Source: Smithella sp. (GTDB lineage Bacteria > Desulfobacterota > Syntrophia > Syntrophales > Smithellaceae). From it: 64,000 nucleotides of DNA. The notes beneath the pieces are model-generated. The model worked only from the letters and a program-made list of their open reading frames with translations. It made no database searches and had not been told where the DNA came from. This document shows, one piece after another, positions 1 to 10,359 of the stretch; the first letter of the stretch is position 1, and each line of letters starts with the position of its first letter. Location: contig JBEKMY010000001.1 of NCBI GenBank assembly GCA_049523355.1, forward strand, positions 8,962 through 72,961, in the 5' to 3' direction. Position numbers and translations under genes: made by a program.

Positions 1-2
1 TT

Positions 3-86
3 GTTGCTTCAGGCACGGTGGAAAAAGTGGCACAGGAAGAAAAATCTTCAACAGGTCAATTTTTGCGGAAAATTATTTCCGTCTGA
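3..86 (+). CDS. uvrA: 3' end of a CDS entering the window, probably excinuclease ABC subunit A
   Basis: Frame reads VASGTVEKVAQEEKSSTGQFLRKIISV*, matching the UvrA C-terminal pattern (xAxGTPExVA...SxTGxFL); only 27 codons visible. Confidence 0.7.
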   Translation, partial: VASGTVEKVAQEEKSSTGQFLRKIISV

Positions 87-211
87 GAGCATTTTTATTT
101 TTCTGCATATTAAATTTATCCTAAACGTTTTACAAATTTACAAAATATTTTAATTGGTAAAAAATAATAAAGAAAAATCTTCATAATTCTTAGTCAGTAA
201 TAAATGACGTC

Positions 212-241
212 TTGACATAATCATTAAAATAGTTTTATATT
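212..241 (+). promoter_or_regulatory. Candidate sigma70 promoter of the HD-GYP regulator
   Basis: TTGACA (212-217), 18 nt, TATATT (236-241). Confidence 0.4.
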
Positions 242-266
242 TAACTATATAAAAAGCTATGTTATT

Positions 267-1418
267 GTGATTCATGTCAGAAAGGATCTTGAACTGTCGA
301 AATATTCACAATATAAACATTCTATATTAATTGTCGATGATGAGGAGTCTATCCTCAATTCTTTTCAGCGCATTTTAGCCGATGAAGATTATGAAGTTCA
401 CGCTGTGAATAATGGTTCGGAAGGGCTGAATAAACTGCGCACGGCTCAAAAGCCTTATTCCGTTATTGTTTCCGATCAAAGAATGCCGGAGATGAGTGGT
501 GTTCAATTTTTTGCTCAAGCCAAGGATATTTTTCCGGATGCTGTCCGTATACTTTTGACGGGGTATGCCGATTCAAATGCTATAATTGATGCCATTAACA
601 AAGGCGGGGTTCATCTTTATTTCACAAAACCATGGCGTGAAGAAGAAATACTGCTTCATATTAAGCAATCACTTTCCAAAGTTGAAATATTAGCGGAAAA
701 TAAACGTCTTGTTGAATTAATAAAGATTAAAAATCAAGAGTTGGTTAAATTAAATAAAACTCTTGAAAAAAAAGCTAACGATAGAACAAATGATCTTCTG
801 GCTCAAACTGAAAAACTCAAGGACAGTTATAAAAAATCACAATTAATTTTGGATGGTATAGTCAAGACGTTGTCAAAGATTGTAGCAACAAGAGATCCTT
901 ATACATCAGGGCATGAGGATCAGGTAGCCAAGATTGCCTGCAAGATTGCCAAGGAAATGAAATTGACTGAAGAGCAGGTCTCGTCCATTTATATTTCCGC
1001 CACTCTTCATGATATAGGTAAAATATCCGTACCTTCAGAAATATTGACCAAACCCAGCGTTTTAACTAATCTGGAAAGGGAAATAATCAAGACGCATTGT
1101 AAAGTTGCCAATGATATTCTTGCAAATATTGAGTTTCCCTATCCGGTGGCAGAGATTATTTATCAACACCATGAAAGAATGGATGGTTCAGGTTATCCCC
1201 GAGGTTTAAAGGGAGACGATATTGCGTTGGAAGCCCGAATTATTGGGGTCGCGGACGTTATTGATGCTATGGCTTCCTATCGGCCTTATCGGCCTGCTTT
1301 AGGGGTTGATGCGGCGATTGAAGAAATAACAAAATTCAGAGGAGTAACATATGATCCTTCCGTTGTGGACGCCTGCTTAAAGATTTATAAAAGAACCGCT
1401 AAAGACAGCATTAATTGA
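267..1418 (+). CDS. Response regulator with REC, coiled coil and HD-GYP c-di-GMP phosphodiesterase domain
   Basis: [22 protein letters not shown] (REC); [26 protein letters not shown] (HD-GYP). Confidence 0.92.
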   Translation: MIHVRKDLELSKYSQYKHSILIVDDEESILNSFQRILADEDYEVHAVNNGSEGLNKLRTAQKPYSVIVSDQRMPEMSGVQFFAQAKDIFPDAVRILLTGYADSNAIIDAINKGGVHLYFTKPWREEEILLHIKQSLSKVEILAENKRLVELIKIKNQELVKLNKTLEKKANDRTNDLLAQTEKLKDSYKKSQLILDGIVKTLSKIVATRDPYTSGHEDQVAKIACKIAKEMKLTEEQVSSIYISATLHDIGKISVPSEILTKPSVLTNLEREIIKTHCKVANDILANIEFPYPVAEIIYQHHERMDGSGYPRGLKGDDIALEARIIGVADVIDAMASYRPYRPALGVDAAIEEITKFRGVTYDPSVVDACLKIYKRTAKDSIN

Positions 1419-1469
1419 ATTGAAAATTAAGAAACAATTACCATGCACTTTCCAGATTAACTTCTTTTA

Positions 1470-2162
1470 TTATTTCCTCTGTCCGAAAATTGCTCTGCCG
1501 ATACGTACAATGGTTGCTCCTTCTTCAATAGCGATTTCAAAATCATCGGTCATGCCCATGGAAAGCTCTTCCATTTGAATATTCGTAATTCCCTCGCTTA
1601 TGATTTTGTTGCGAAGATTTCTAAGTTCGGAAAAATACGGGCGGGAATTTTCGGGATTGGTGGAATAAGGCGCCATCGTCATTAATCCTTTGATCGAAAC
1701 GTAATCCAGCATGGAGACATTTTTAATTAATTCAATAGCTTCCAACGCCGTTATGCCATTTTTTGTTTTTTCACCACTTACATTGATTTCAATCAAAATG
1801 TTTATTTTACGGCCGATCAGGCGAGCTCTTTTGTTTATTTCCGCAGCCAGTTCCAGACGATCTACGGAATGGATGTAATCAAAGAGATTTACGGTATATT
1901 TTGCTTTATTGGTTTGAAGGTGTCCGATCATGTGCCACGAAACGCGCCCTCCGATAACGGCAATTTTTTCTTTTGCTTCCTGAACATAATTTTCTCCCAG
2001 CGCCGTTATGCCCGCTTCAATTGCCTGTTCGATGGCAGGGAGGGGGACTGTTTTGGTCACTGCTAAAAGTTTAATGGAATCGGGAGCGCGATTGCATCTT
2101 TCGGCAGCTGCGGCTATCCGTTGTTTAATTTTATTTATATTAGCGGTAATATCTGCTTCCAT
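1470..2162 (-). CDS. yggS: YggS/PLPBP pyridoxal-phosphate homeostasis protein
   Basis: [46 protein letters not shown]. Confidence 0.95.
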   Translation of the reverse strand: MEADITANINKIKQRIAAAAERCNRAPDSIKLLAVTKTVPLPAIEQAIEAGITALGENYVQEAKEKIAVIGGRVSWHMIGHLQTNKAKYTVNLFDYIHSVDRLELAAEINKRARLIGRKINILIEINVSGEKTKNGITALEAIELIKNVSMLDYVSIKGLMTMAPYSTNPENSRPYFSELRNLRNKIISEGITNIQMEELSMGMTDDFEIAIEEGATIVRIGRAIFGQRK

Positions 2163-2168
2163 ATAAAG

Positions 2169-2236
2169 TTTACTCCGTTAGACAGTCTTGTTGGATAAAT
2201 TCCGTTTCAAGATCAAAAACTATCCAACGGAATTTA
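2169..2236. repeat. Short intergenic element with imperfect terminal inverted repeats
   Basis: TTTACTCCGTTAGACAGT ... ACTATCCAACGGAATTTA ends; internal GTTGGATA/TATCCAAC and AAATTCCGTT/AACGGAATTT complements. Confidence 0.5.
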
Positions 2237-2827
2237 TTGAAAATCGATTGCGTTAAATTTTTTTAATGTTTCCAAAACTTCGCAAAGCGGCAATCCGATC
2301 ACGTTTGTATAAGATCCGCGAATCGATTGGATAAAATAGGCGCCCCTTCCCTGTATAGCATATCCGCCGGCTTTATCATATGGTTCATCACAAGCAAGAT
2401 ACCAGTCCAATTCTTCAGGACTTATCGTTTTAAACTTCACGGCGGATTGAATAACTTTAGTCTGAAAAACTTTGGAAGCAATACTGGTAATGGAAAAACC
2501 TGTAAAGACTTTATGTTCACGACCGCTGAGCCTTTTGAGCATCTTCTTTGCCTGTGCTTTGTTTTTAGGTTTGCCTAAGATAATCCCATCAATTACGACA
2601 ATTGTATCGGCGCCCAGCACCCACGCTTCGGGATATTTTGAGGCAATAACCGTCGCCTTATCACGCGAGAGCCTTTTTACATGCTCCTGCGGACTCTCTC
2701 CGGCAAGATAATCTTCATTGACGTGAGCCGGAACTATTTTGAATTTCAAACCGACGGATTCAAGAATATCCCGCCTGCGCGGCGACTCGGATGCCAGAAC
2801 AAATAAAGCTTTGGAAGTAATAGGCAT
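2234..2827 (-). CDS. maf: Maf-family nucleoside triphosphate pyrophosphatase
   Basis: LASESPRR, LGADTIV, LGKP, LSGREHKV, DKAGGYAIQG, NVIGLP; start placed at ATG 2827 (ORF is open to 2890). Confidence 0.93.
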   Translation of the reverse strand: MPITSKALFVLASESPRRRDILESVGLKFKIVPAHVNEDYLAGESPQEHVKRLSRDKATVIASKYPEAWVLGADTIVVIDGIILGKPKNKAQAKKMLKRLSGREHKVFTGFSITSIASKVFQTKVIQSAVKFKTISPEELDWYLACDEPYDKAGGYAIQGRGAYFIQSIRGSYTNVIGLPLCEVLETLKKFNAIDFQ

Positions 2828-2961
2828 AATTTTATATATCTTTTCGACAATATTATTGTTGTCTATCACAAATTTAATGATGCCTGTCAATTGTAAATTA
2901 TAATTGCATTTCGATAAAGATTGTCGTTAATATAAAACAAAAAGCATTCATGGAGTGGATG

Positions 2962-3258
2962 ATGAAAAAAACATTTTTTACATTTATAATTTTAACAATA
3001 CTTGCGAGTTTTTTAAGCGTGGCTGTGGCTGCAGAAAGAATTGTTCAGTTAACCGTCCCCGGTTGCGTCGCTTGCGGCGCTTCACACAGGATAGGTGCTA
3101 TCCTGAAAGAAACCAAAGGCGTAAAAAAATATCAATTCGGGGACAAAAATTTGTTAACAGTAACTTTTGATGACAAAATCACCGCCCTTGATACAATTAT
3201 CAACAAACTCGAAAAAGGAGGAAATAAAATAAACGGGAAACCGGTTTATGTGAAATAA
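2962..3258 (+). CDS. Exported heavy-metal-associated (HMA, MerP/CopZ-like) domain protein
   Basis: Signal-peptide-like MKKTFFTFIILTILASFLSVAVAA; LTVPGCVAC CxxC; GGAG RBS at 2952-2955. Confidence 0.7.
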   Translation: MKKTFFTFIILTILASFLSVAVAAERIVQLTVPGCVACGASHRIGAILKETKGVKKYQFGDKNLLTVTFDDKITALDTIINKLEKGGNKINGKPVYVK

Positions 3259-3261
3259 ATA

Positions 3262-4338
3262 TTAGAGATATTTCTTTATTTTCCCCGAATCCAGTTTATC
3301 CACAATTTTTTTGACATCCTGAGAGCGGCCTTTTTTACATATAAGTAAAGCGTCTTTCGTTTCAACTATTATTAAATCTTTTACCCCTACCAATGCTGTT
3401 AACTTCCGCGGGTTGTAAATAAGAGAGCCTTCTGAATCTTCAAGAATTGCCTGACTGCCGCTAAGCGCCGCATTGTCTTTAATATCTTTTGGCGATATTT
3501 CCCAAAGGGCATCCCAGCTTCCGACATCACTCCAACCGAAATCTCCCTGAATCATAAAAACGTTATCCGCTTTTTCCATAACACCATAGTCAATAGAAAT
3601 GGATGCAAGCTTTTTGTAAACACGAGGCACGATCACTGCTTCCCGTGGCGAGCCGAGCGCCTCATTTATTCTCATCAATCCTGCGTATAAATCCGGTAGC
3701 AGGCGGCTGATTTGTTTTAATATAATCGAGGCCTTCCATATAAACATTCCGCTATTCCAATAGAAGTTACCGCTTTGAACAAATTCTTTCGCTTGCTGAA
3801 AATCTGGTTTTTCGCGGATAGATTTTACGTGAAAGACTTCTTCACCGGCTATGTGTTTAAAGGAATTTGCCTGTTCAATATATCCAAAGCCCGTTTGAAT
3901 GCTGGAAGGTTTGATGCCTATTGTTACCAGCCCATCTTCCTGAGCGGCAACTTTTGCGGCCGCATCAATAATATCAATGAATTTTTGAGAATCATTAATG
4001 GCATGATCGGAGGGCAGGACAACCATGATATCGTCGGGAACCATTTTGCAAATATGCAGTGCGGCAAGTCCGATACAGGCCGCGGTGTTTTTTCCTTCGG
4101 GTTCGATAATAATGTTTCGCGATGGAATTTCCGGAAGCTGTTTAATTAAGGCGCCGGCGTGTTTTTCCCCCGTTACCACCAGAATATTGTCAGGAGGGAT
4201 CAGTTGTTTGATCCGGTCAACAGTTTCCTGAATGATAGTTTTCTCGCTTAGTATATCCAATAAGTGTTTAGGCTTTTTTTCTCTGCTGCGGGGCCAGAAT
4301 CTTGCGCCCCTTCCACCGGCCATTATTACCGCGTACAT
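3262..4338 (-). CDS. manC: Mannose-1-phosphate guanylyltransferase
   Basis: VIMAGGRGARFWPRSR, EPEGKNTA, LPSDH, FGYIE, WNSGMF, SIDYGVME, WSDVGSW. Confidence 0.93.
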   Translation of the reverse strand: MYAVIMAGGRGARFWPRSREKKPKHLLDILSEKTIIQETVDRIKQLIPPDNILVVTGEKHAGALIKQLPEIPSRNIIIEPEGKNTAACIGLAALHICKMVPDDIMVVLPSDHAINDSQKFIDIIDAAAKVAAQEDGLVTIGIKPSSIQTGFGYIEQANSFKHIAGEEVFHVKSIREKPDFQQAKEFVQSGNFYWNSGMFIWKASIILKQISRLLPDLYAGLMRINEALGSPREAVIVPRVYKKLASISIDYGVMEKADNVFMIQGDFGWSDVGSWDALWEISPKDIKDNAALSGSQAILEDSEGSLIYNPRKLTALVGVKDLIIVETKDALLICKKGRSQDVKKIVDKLDSGKIKKYL

Positions 4339-4440
4339 TATTTAAACTCCCTGGCTCTTTAAGATTACGATGCTACTTCTTAACGCTTATAGTATAATGT
4401 GTCTTGCAATTTCAAGCTGGAAAATATATTTAAAAACATA

Positions 4441-5634
4441 ATGTCAACAATGATATATTCAGAAATAACTCTTAAAAAGGGGCGGGATGCCGCTATACTG
4501 CGAGGTCATCCATGGGTTTTCTCCGGCGCAATAGCCGCGATTAAAGGGAATCCCGGCGCGGGCGATATTGTTTTAGCCAGAGATTCGGCAGGCAATCCTC
4601 TGGCATTAGGATTTTTTAATCCGAAAACTGATATAGCTTTTCGTGTTTTAACAAGAAAATGTGAAGAAAATATTTCTCAATATTTTTGGCAAGCTCGTTT
4701 GCAGGCCGCAATCAAATTACGGCAAAAGATTATCGGCGAGCAGACAAACGTCTATCGTTTGATTAATGCCGAAGGCGATGGATTTCCCGGACTGATTGTT
4801 GATGTGTATAATACGACACTGGTTTTTTCCATTGCCACCGCTGGAATGGAAAAACAAAAAAATCATATTTTAAATGCCCTTGCTTCCCAAATAAAACCGG
4901 AATGGATTTATGAACATAGCGAGAGCCGATCGCGAACGTTGGAAGGGTTTGAAAATAGCAGTCGTATAGTCTTTGGCGAAAACAGAAGCGGTACCGTGGA
5001 AATAATGGAAAACTCACTGAGGTTTGAAGTTGATATTATTTCAGGCCAAAAAACGGGTTTTTTTCTTGACCAGCGTTTCAACAGGGAAAAGATTGGAGCG
5101 TTGAGTCGCGATGCCAGTGTATTGAATTGCTTTTCTTATACCGGGGCTTTTTCCGTTTACTGCGCTGAAGGCGGAGCAAAAAAAGTTGTTTCTCTGGACA
5201 TATCCAAATCTGCCTGCGTCGCCGCAAGAAAAAATTTGCATCTCAACTGGTTTTCCGCTGAAAATTATCCGGTAATCGAAGCCGATGTTTTTGATTATTT
5301 GCGCAAAATGCAGGAAAACTTCAACATGATCATTCTTGATCCTCCGGCTTTTGCCAAAACAAAAAGAGATGTGACTAAAGCCTCCCGGGGTTATAAGGAA
5401 ATTAATCTACAGGCAATTAAACATCTTACAAAAGGCGGTATATTAGCTACTTTTTCCTGCTCTAATTTTATCGAGGAAGATCTTTTTTATAAAATTGTCC
5501 TTGCCGCGGCGCGGGATGCCGACGCTGATTTACAGCTTTTAACAAGATTAGAAGCCGGACCGGATCATCCCATTTTATTAGGACATCCCGAGGGGCGCTA
5601 TCTTAAGGGGTTGCTCTTGACCAGGAAAAATTAA
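4441..5634 (+). CDS. rlmI: RlmI-like class I SAM-dependent rRNA m5C methyltransferase (PUA + MTase)
   Basis: GHPWVFS, AEGDGFPGL, GQKTGFFLDQR, LNCFSYTG, ILDPPAF, TFSCS, YLKG; start could be 4441 or 4450. Confidence 0.85.
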   Translation: MSTMIYSEITLKKGRDAAILRGHPWVFSGAIAAIKGNPGAGDIVLARDSAGNPLALGFFNPKTDIAFRVLTRKCEENISQYFWQARLQAAIKLRQKIIGEQTNVYRLINAEGDGFPGLIVDVYNTTLVFSIATAGMEKQKNHILNALASQIKPEWIYEHSESRSRTLEGFENSSRIVFGENRSGTVEIMENSLRFEVDIISGQKTGFFLDQRFNREKIGALSRDASVLNCFSYTGAFSVYCAEGGAKKVVSLDISKSACVAARKNLHLNWFSAENYPVIEADVFDYLRKMQENFNMIILDPPAFAKTKRDVTKASRGYKEINLQAIKHLTKGGILATFSCSNFIEEDLFYKIVLAAARDADADLQLLTRLEAGPDHPILLGHPEGRYLKGLLLTRKN

Positions 5635-5780
5635 TCCAGATATAGGGAAGGCTTTTACCGGCAAGGAAAATTATTGTTCATTATTGCGCCACCCTTGCGG
5701 GAGGGTCACACCTGGCGAACAGCCATCAAATATCGGATGATCTAACGATCTTCAATAGTTGATGTTATCAGGAGTTATAG

Positions 5781-6179
5781 TTAATTTCTTCCCAGATTGC
5801 CAATTATCTTATCATGAATAAGGCGGGAAGCCATATTATTGCCGACCGTTCCGACGAATACGGAAACGGAAGTTAAATCCCTGTCTATATATTCAACCTT
5901 TATAACCACTTTTTCGTCCTGAATGACGGCTTTGATCATACCTGTGGAAATTTTACGTTCTTTTTGAATGTCTGTCGCCTTTAATTCAGCCACCGATTTT
6001 TCACAGGCTTGCCACACCATATCAATATTGGCTTTATAGTTGCTGACAAGATTTCCATCCTGGTAAAGGAATTTTCCGGAATTAATGCTGGCAATTTTAC
6101 CATTCATATTGATTGCCGCATCGCATCCGTTAAGAAGCAGGAAAACTAAAAACAATAAAGTTACTGTTTTATTTGCCAT
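5781..6179 (-). CDS. Lipoprotein, DUF3568-like
   Basis: Hydrophobic N-terminus with lipobox LLNG-C; C-terminal TSVSVFVG...SRLIHDKI pattern. Confidence 0.6.
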   Translation of the reverse strand: MANKTVTLLFLVFLLLNGCDAAINMNGKIASINSGKFLYQDGNLVSNYKANIDMVWQACEKSVAELKATDIQKERKISTGMIKAVIQDEKVVIKVEYIDRDLTSVSVFVGTVGNNMASRLIHDKIIGNLGRN

Positions 6180-6410
6180 ATATTTGCCTGACACAAGAGT
6201 TAATAATTATAAACTAACATAAGATAATATTAATAATCTGTCAATGTGAATCATATGCCGGTGCATGATAATAATAGAAAATTGCGTTGGACATTTCAAA
6301 TTTAAGTAAATTTAGTTGCGAGAAGAATAGAGAAATCTGTTCCTGAATCCAGTACCCAAATAAAAAGTAAGATTAAGGCAGATGTGTTGTTCATTTAACG
6401 TTCTTCAGGT

Positions 6411-6983
6411 TTATTTTCTTGCGCGTAGTTTCATTATCTCGGTTCTGGTCAATATGGATTTGATATTATCAACATATTGAAGGATATTTTCCCTGCCGCC
6501 TTCTTCCCGGTCAATCAGCGTGATAACCATTTCGACGATGAGTCCTGCCATGCGTGCTTGTTCTATCGCGGTAATAGTGGAACCGCCGGTGGTAATAACA
6601 TCGTCAATAATGACGACTTTTTCACCTGTCCCGACACTGCCTTCAATGGCGCTTTTAGTGCCGTGAGCTTTAATGTCTTTTCGAACAATGAAAGATTTAA
6701 TTGGTTTTCCTTTCTGGTATGATATCACAGAAAGCGCGTTGGCTATCGGATCAGCCCCCAGAGTAAGTCCTCCTGCTGCTGTTATGTCAGTATCTTTGAG
6801 CATGTCAAAAATGATCGCACCGATAAGATTCATGCCTTCGGGGTCAAGCGTGGTCGGCTTGCAATTGAAATAATAATTGCTTTTCTTTCCGGATGCGAGT
6901 GTAAAGGGCGGATCTTCGCTATATTTAAAAGACCGATCGAGAATTATTTCGCCCAGTCTTTCTTTCATCTTATTAATGGCCAT
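6411..6983 (-). CDS. pyrE: Orotate phosphoribosyltransferase
   Basis: FTLASGKKSNYY, GGLTLGAD, VRK...HGT, PRPP motif IIDDVITTGGS. Confidence 0.95.
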   Translation of the reverse strand: MAINKMKERLGEIILDRSFKYSEDPPFTLASGKKSNYYFNCKPTTLDPEGMNLIGAIIFDMLKDTDITAAGGLTLGADPIANALSVISYQKGKPIKSFIVRKDIKAHGTKSAIEGSVGTGEKVVIIDDVITTGGSTITAIEQARMAGLIVEMVITLIDREEGGRENILQYVDNIKSILTRTEIMKLRARK

Positions 6984-7009
6984 TGTATTTCCCTCCGCTT
7001 AAATCAAAC

Positions 7010-7744
7010 TTATGATTGAGAACTATTATTATGCAGAATAAATTTAATGGGCAATTCCACCCATGCTGCAAACGGATTGCCTGATTTTTTTGCAGGTTCG
7101 AACCTCCATGGCTTTACCGCTTGAATTGCCGATTGGTCTAAGATGGCGTACCCGGATGATTTCCCTATTTTTATTTTTCCTACACGTCCATCCGGTAAAA
7201 TTTCCGCAAATACTAAAACAATACCTTCATAGCCGCGAAGGCGCGCTATTTCCGGATATACAGGCGGCGCGTTTTCTTTATATAAAGGGTAAGCAATCAC
7301 AGTACTCAGATTAGATTCTTCACCCGCTGTTTTATTAGCGCTGGAGCCTGTTATATTATCAGGCTGTTCTTTCGTCCCTGTGCCGGACGTGTCGTATTTT
7401 GCCGGTGTAATGTTGTTGATCGATTCTTTTGTTGCCGCCGCATAAATTTGTGAGGTTTCCGGAGCGCCTGCCGCCTTTTCAATATCTGTTTTTATCTTGG
7501 CTATTTTTTCCATAGCAACAGATGATTGCTTAGCGCGGGTATTTTTTATTGCAACGCCGCTATTTTTAATTTTAGTATCCAGGCAGACCCATACCAGATT
7601 TAACCCATTTAATTTTAGAGGGGTTATCAAGTTATTTGATAAACTAAACACTAGAAGCGCTCCAACAATAAAATGAATCGTCAGGGACAAGCACGCAGCG
7701 GATATTATTGAATGATTTTTCTTTTCCGTTTTTGTAAATCTCAT
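7010..7744 (-). CDS. tonB: TonB-family energy transducer
   Basis: N-terminal TM with SLTIH (SxxxH); C-terminal PPVYPEIARLRGYEG, SSGYAILD, WRFEPA. Confidence 0.85.
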   Translation of the reverse strand: MRFTKTEKKNHSIISAACLSLTIHFIVGALLVFSLSNNLITPLKLNGLNLVWVCLDTKIKNSGVAIKNTRAKQSSVAMEKIAKIKTDIEKAAGAPETSQIYAAATKESINNITPAKYDTSGTGTKEQPDNITGSSANKTAGEESNLSTVIAYPLYKENAPPVYPEIARLRGYEGIVLVFAEILPDGRVGKIKIGKSSGYAILDQSAIQAVKPWRFEPAKKSGNPFAAWVELPIKFILHNNSSQS

Positions 7745-7755
7745 GGGAAAAAGCT

Positions 7756-10158
7756 TTATTTTTTAATTAATCTTTCCACTACCTTAACGGCTTCCACGCC
7801 ATCTTTGGCAAAGGATGCCCCGATAGATTTCGCGTAAGCTTCGGTAACTACCGCGCCACCAATCATAAATGGCTTTTGAATTCCGTTTGCCCGTGCCAGT
7901 GTTATCACATCTTTCATATTTACCATCGTTGTGGTCATCAATGCGGAAAGGGCGATAACATCTGAGTTTTCCTCTTTTGCTTTCGCTATTATTGTTTCCG
8001 CGGCGATGTCTTTGCCCAGATCAATAACATAATAGCCATAATTTCTCAAAAGCAAAGCGACAATATTTTTCCCGATATCGTGAATATCACCCTTCACAGT
8101 TGCCAGTATTATTTTACCCTTGTTTCCGGCAGATCCTTTCTTCAGATGCGGCTCCAGATAAGCAAGCGCCTTTTTCATTGCTTCTGCGGCGGACATGAGC
8201 TGTGGCAAAAAATAAATTTTCTTTTCGTATAAATCGCCCACGCGAACGATGGAAGGGATCATAATCTTATCAACCAAATCCTGAGCCGAAACACCGGTGG
8301 AAAGCGATTTTTCTATTAAAGGCAAAATATTCTCTCTGTCGCCATTCATTATCGCGTCAGCGATCTTTTCCTGCGGCGTAACAGTTTTTATCGCGGCAGT
8401 TACGGAATCAGCATTAATCTGCGCGGAAAAATGTTTAATAAAGCGCAATGCGTCTTTGTCTCTGGAAAGAAGAACATCTCCCGTTATTTTTATATTCATC
8501 ATTTCCTGGCTTGCGGGATTGGCAATGGCCATTGTTAATCCGCAGAATTGTGCCATTGCAAGAAAAGTCGCGTTAAGCCATGGACGTCCTGGCATGCCGA
8601 AAGACACATTGGAGAGTCCAAAGATCGTTTTACTTTTAAAAGTGTGTGCGCACCAATGCAGAGTTTTAAGTGTCTCCTGTGCGGCACTGGGGTTGGACGC
8701 CACAGCCATAACCAGGCAATCCACAATGAAATCATCTTTGGTAAAGCCGAAAATTTTCGCTTTCTGAAAAATATTTTTTACAATTTTCTGCCGCTTTTCC
8801 GCTGTTTGCGGTATTTCGCCGCCAGTCAGAGGCAGCAAAATGAACATGGCTCCATATTTTGCGGCCAGAGGCAAAAGTTTGGCTATCTTTTCTTTTTCTC
8901 CGGAAATAGAATTAATCAGCATTCGGCCCGGATAAATCCGTAATGCGGCTTCAATTGTTTTTATGTTGGAAGAATCCACAGCAAGTGGCAGTTTGGTGGT
9001 TGTGGTTAAAAGACCGATTACTTCTTTGATTGTTTTAACTTCATCGATGCCGGGTTGGCCGACGTTTATATCCAGCAAATTCGCGCCTTGATTTTCCTGC
9101 TCGGCAGCCATCTGGCGAATAATGGACATTTTTCCTTCCGTCAGTTCCTGTTGCAGGGATTTTTTACCGGTGGGGTTGATTCTTTCACCGACTATGAAAA
9201 GAGGTTGATTTTCGCTGAAATGGAGAAATCCGCGCGCCGAACTCAGAGCGCTGATCGATTTTTTTGCAGGCAATTTGGGTTTAATAACCGCGATTGCCCG
9301 GGCAAGTTCCCGGATGTGCACGGGTGTTGTTCCGCAGCATCCGCCCAGCATGTTAGCTCCCGCTTTTGCAAGATTGCGTCCGAAGGATGCAAACGTTTTC
9401 GCATCCATTTCAAATATGGTTTCCCCGCCTTCGAGCCGCGGAAATCCGGCATTGGGTTTTGCCACCAGCGGCACAGTAGCGTATGGTTTCATAGCTGCGA
9501 TGAAATCCACCATTTTTTCAGGGCCGGTTGAACAATTACAGCCCACAGCATTTGCGCCAAGACTCTGCAGTGTGATAAGAGCGGTTACCGGATCAGTGCC
9601 GTTAAGAGTATGACCGTCTTTTTCATATGTCATGGAAACAATAGTAAAAATATCTTTAATTTCTTTGACCGCCAGCAGCGCGGCGCGAGCTTCCTGAATG
9701 TCAATCATGGTTTCGATAACTATCAGATCGCAGCCGCCGTCAATCAAACCGCGCGCTTGTTCTTTAAATGCATCCACGGCTTCTTCAAAGGCCAGTGTAC
9801 CGAACGGTTCGATAAATAAACCGGTCGGGCCTATATCTCCGGCAACCAGAGTTTTTTTACCAACCGCGAGTTTGGCCAGACGCGCCAATTCATTGTTGAT
9901 TTGATAGGAATTTTCTTTAATGCCGTGTTGTTTTAATTTAAAACGATTTGCGCCAAATGTGCAGGTATAGACTATCTGCGCTCCCGCTTTTTGATAGGAT
10001 GAGTACAATTCACGGATATTTTGTGGATTATCGAGACACCACTGTTCAGGACAAACGCCGTCAGGCATTCCCATTTTTTGCAGTTCCGTGCCCATGGCAC
10101 CGTCCAGAACAACAATTTTTTTCGCCAAAAGGCCTTTTATCCTGCGGGTTTCAACCAC
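7756..10158 (-). CDS. metH: Cobalamin-dependent methionine synthase (Hcy, pterin and B12-binding domains; no AdoMet reactivation domain)
   Basis: LDGAMGT, GCNC, GGCCGT, GERINPTGK, GLSNVSFG, GDIHDIGKNIV, SALMTTT; ends at the B12 domain (800 aa). Confidence 0.93.
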   Translation of the reverse strand: MVETRRIKGLLAKKIVVLDGAMGTELQKMGMPDGVCPEQWCLDNPQNIRELYSSYQKAGAQIVYTCTFGANRFKLKQHGIKENSYQINNELARLAKLAVGKKTLVAGDIGPTGLFIEPFGTLAFEEAVDAFKEQARGLIDGGCDLIVIETMIDIQEARAALLAVKEIKDIFTIVSMTYEKDGHTLNGTDPVTALITLQSLGANAVGCNCSTGPEKMVDFIAAMKPYATVPLVAKPNAGFPRLEGGETIFEMDAKTFASFGRNLAKAGANMLGGCCGTTPVHIRELARAIAVIKPKLPAKKSISALSSARGFLHFSENQPLFIVGERINPTGKKSLQQELTEGKMSIIRQMAAEQENQGANLLDINVGQPGIDEVKTIKEVIGLLTTTTKLPLAVDSSNIKTIEAALRIYPGRMLINSISGEKEKIAKLLPLAAKYGAMFILLPLTGGEIPQTAEKRQKIVKNIFQKAKIFGFTKDDFIVDCLVMAVASNPSAAQETLKTLHWCAHTFKSKTIFGLSNVSFGMPGRPWLNATFLAMAQFCGLTMAIANPASQEMMNIKITGDVLLSRDKDALRFIKHFSAQINADSVTAAIKTVTPQEKIADAIMNGDRENILPLIEKSLSTGVSAQDLVDKIMIPSIVRVGDLYEKKIYFLPQLMSAAEAMKKALAYLEPHLKKGSAGNKGKIILATVKGDIHDIGKNIVALLLRNYGYYVIDLGKDIAAETIIAKAKEENSDVIALSALMTTTMVNMKDVITLARANGIQKPFMIGGAVVTEAYAKSIGASFAKDGVEAVKVVERLIKK

Positions 10159-10186
10159 AATATTCCTCCTGAAATTTTAATAGTTA

Positions 10187-10235
10187 TTTTACGGCGTCTT
10201 TATACCACTTTTGAACCAAGAAGTGTGATTTTTTT
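10187..10235 (-). repeat. Copy 1 of a ~49-bp diverged direct repeat (extended -10 promoter region of metH)
   Basis: 39/49 ungapped identity to 12997-13045 by manual count; minus strand contains TGGTATAAA. Confidence 0.6.
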
Positions 10236-10359
10236 TAGAACAAACAGGCAAAAACAAATTCATTCCGTTGTTGTAAGTGTTTTGATTTGATAAGATATTA
10301 TCAATAGGAGCTAAATCACTTTTGCTGCCTGTAATGCCAATCATTTTGCAATTTTCATC

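Noticed and set aside
2962-3258. Selenocysteine recoding in the HMA protein
   Set aside because: Both Cys codons are TGC; there is no in-frame TGA.
10159-10359. SAM or cobalamin riboswitch upstream of metH
   Set aside because: No S-box or B12-box consensus visible; the region is AT-rich and the promoter-like sequence is close to the start codon.
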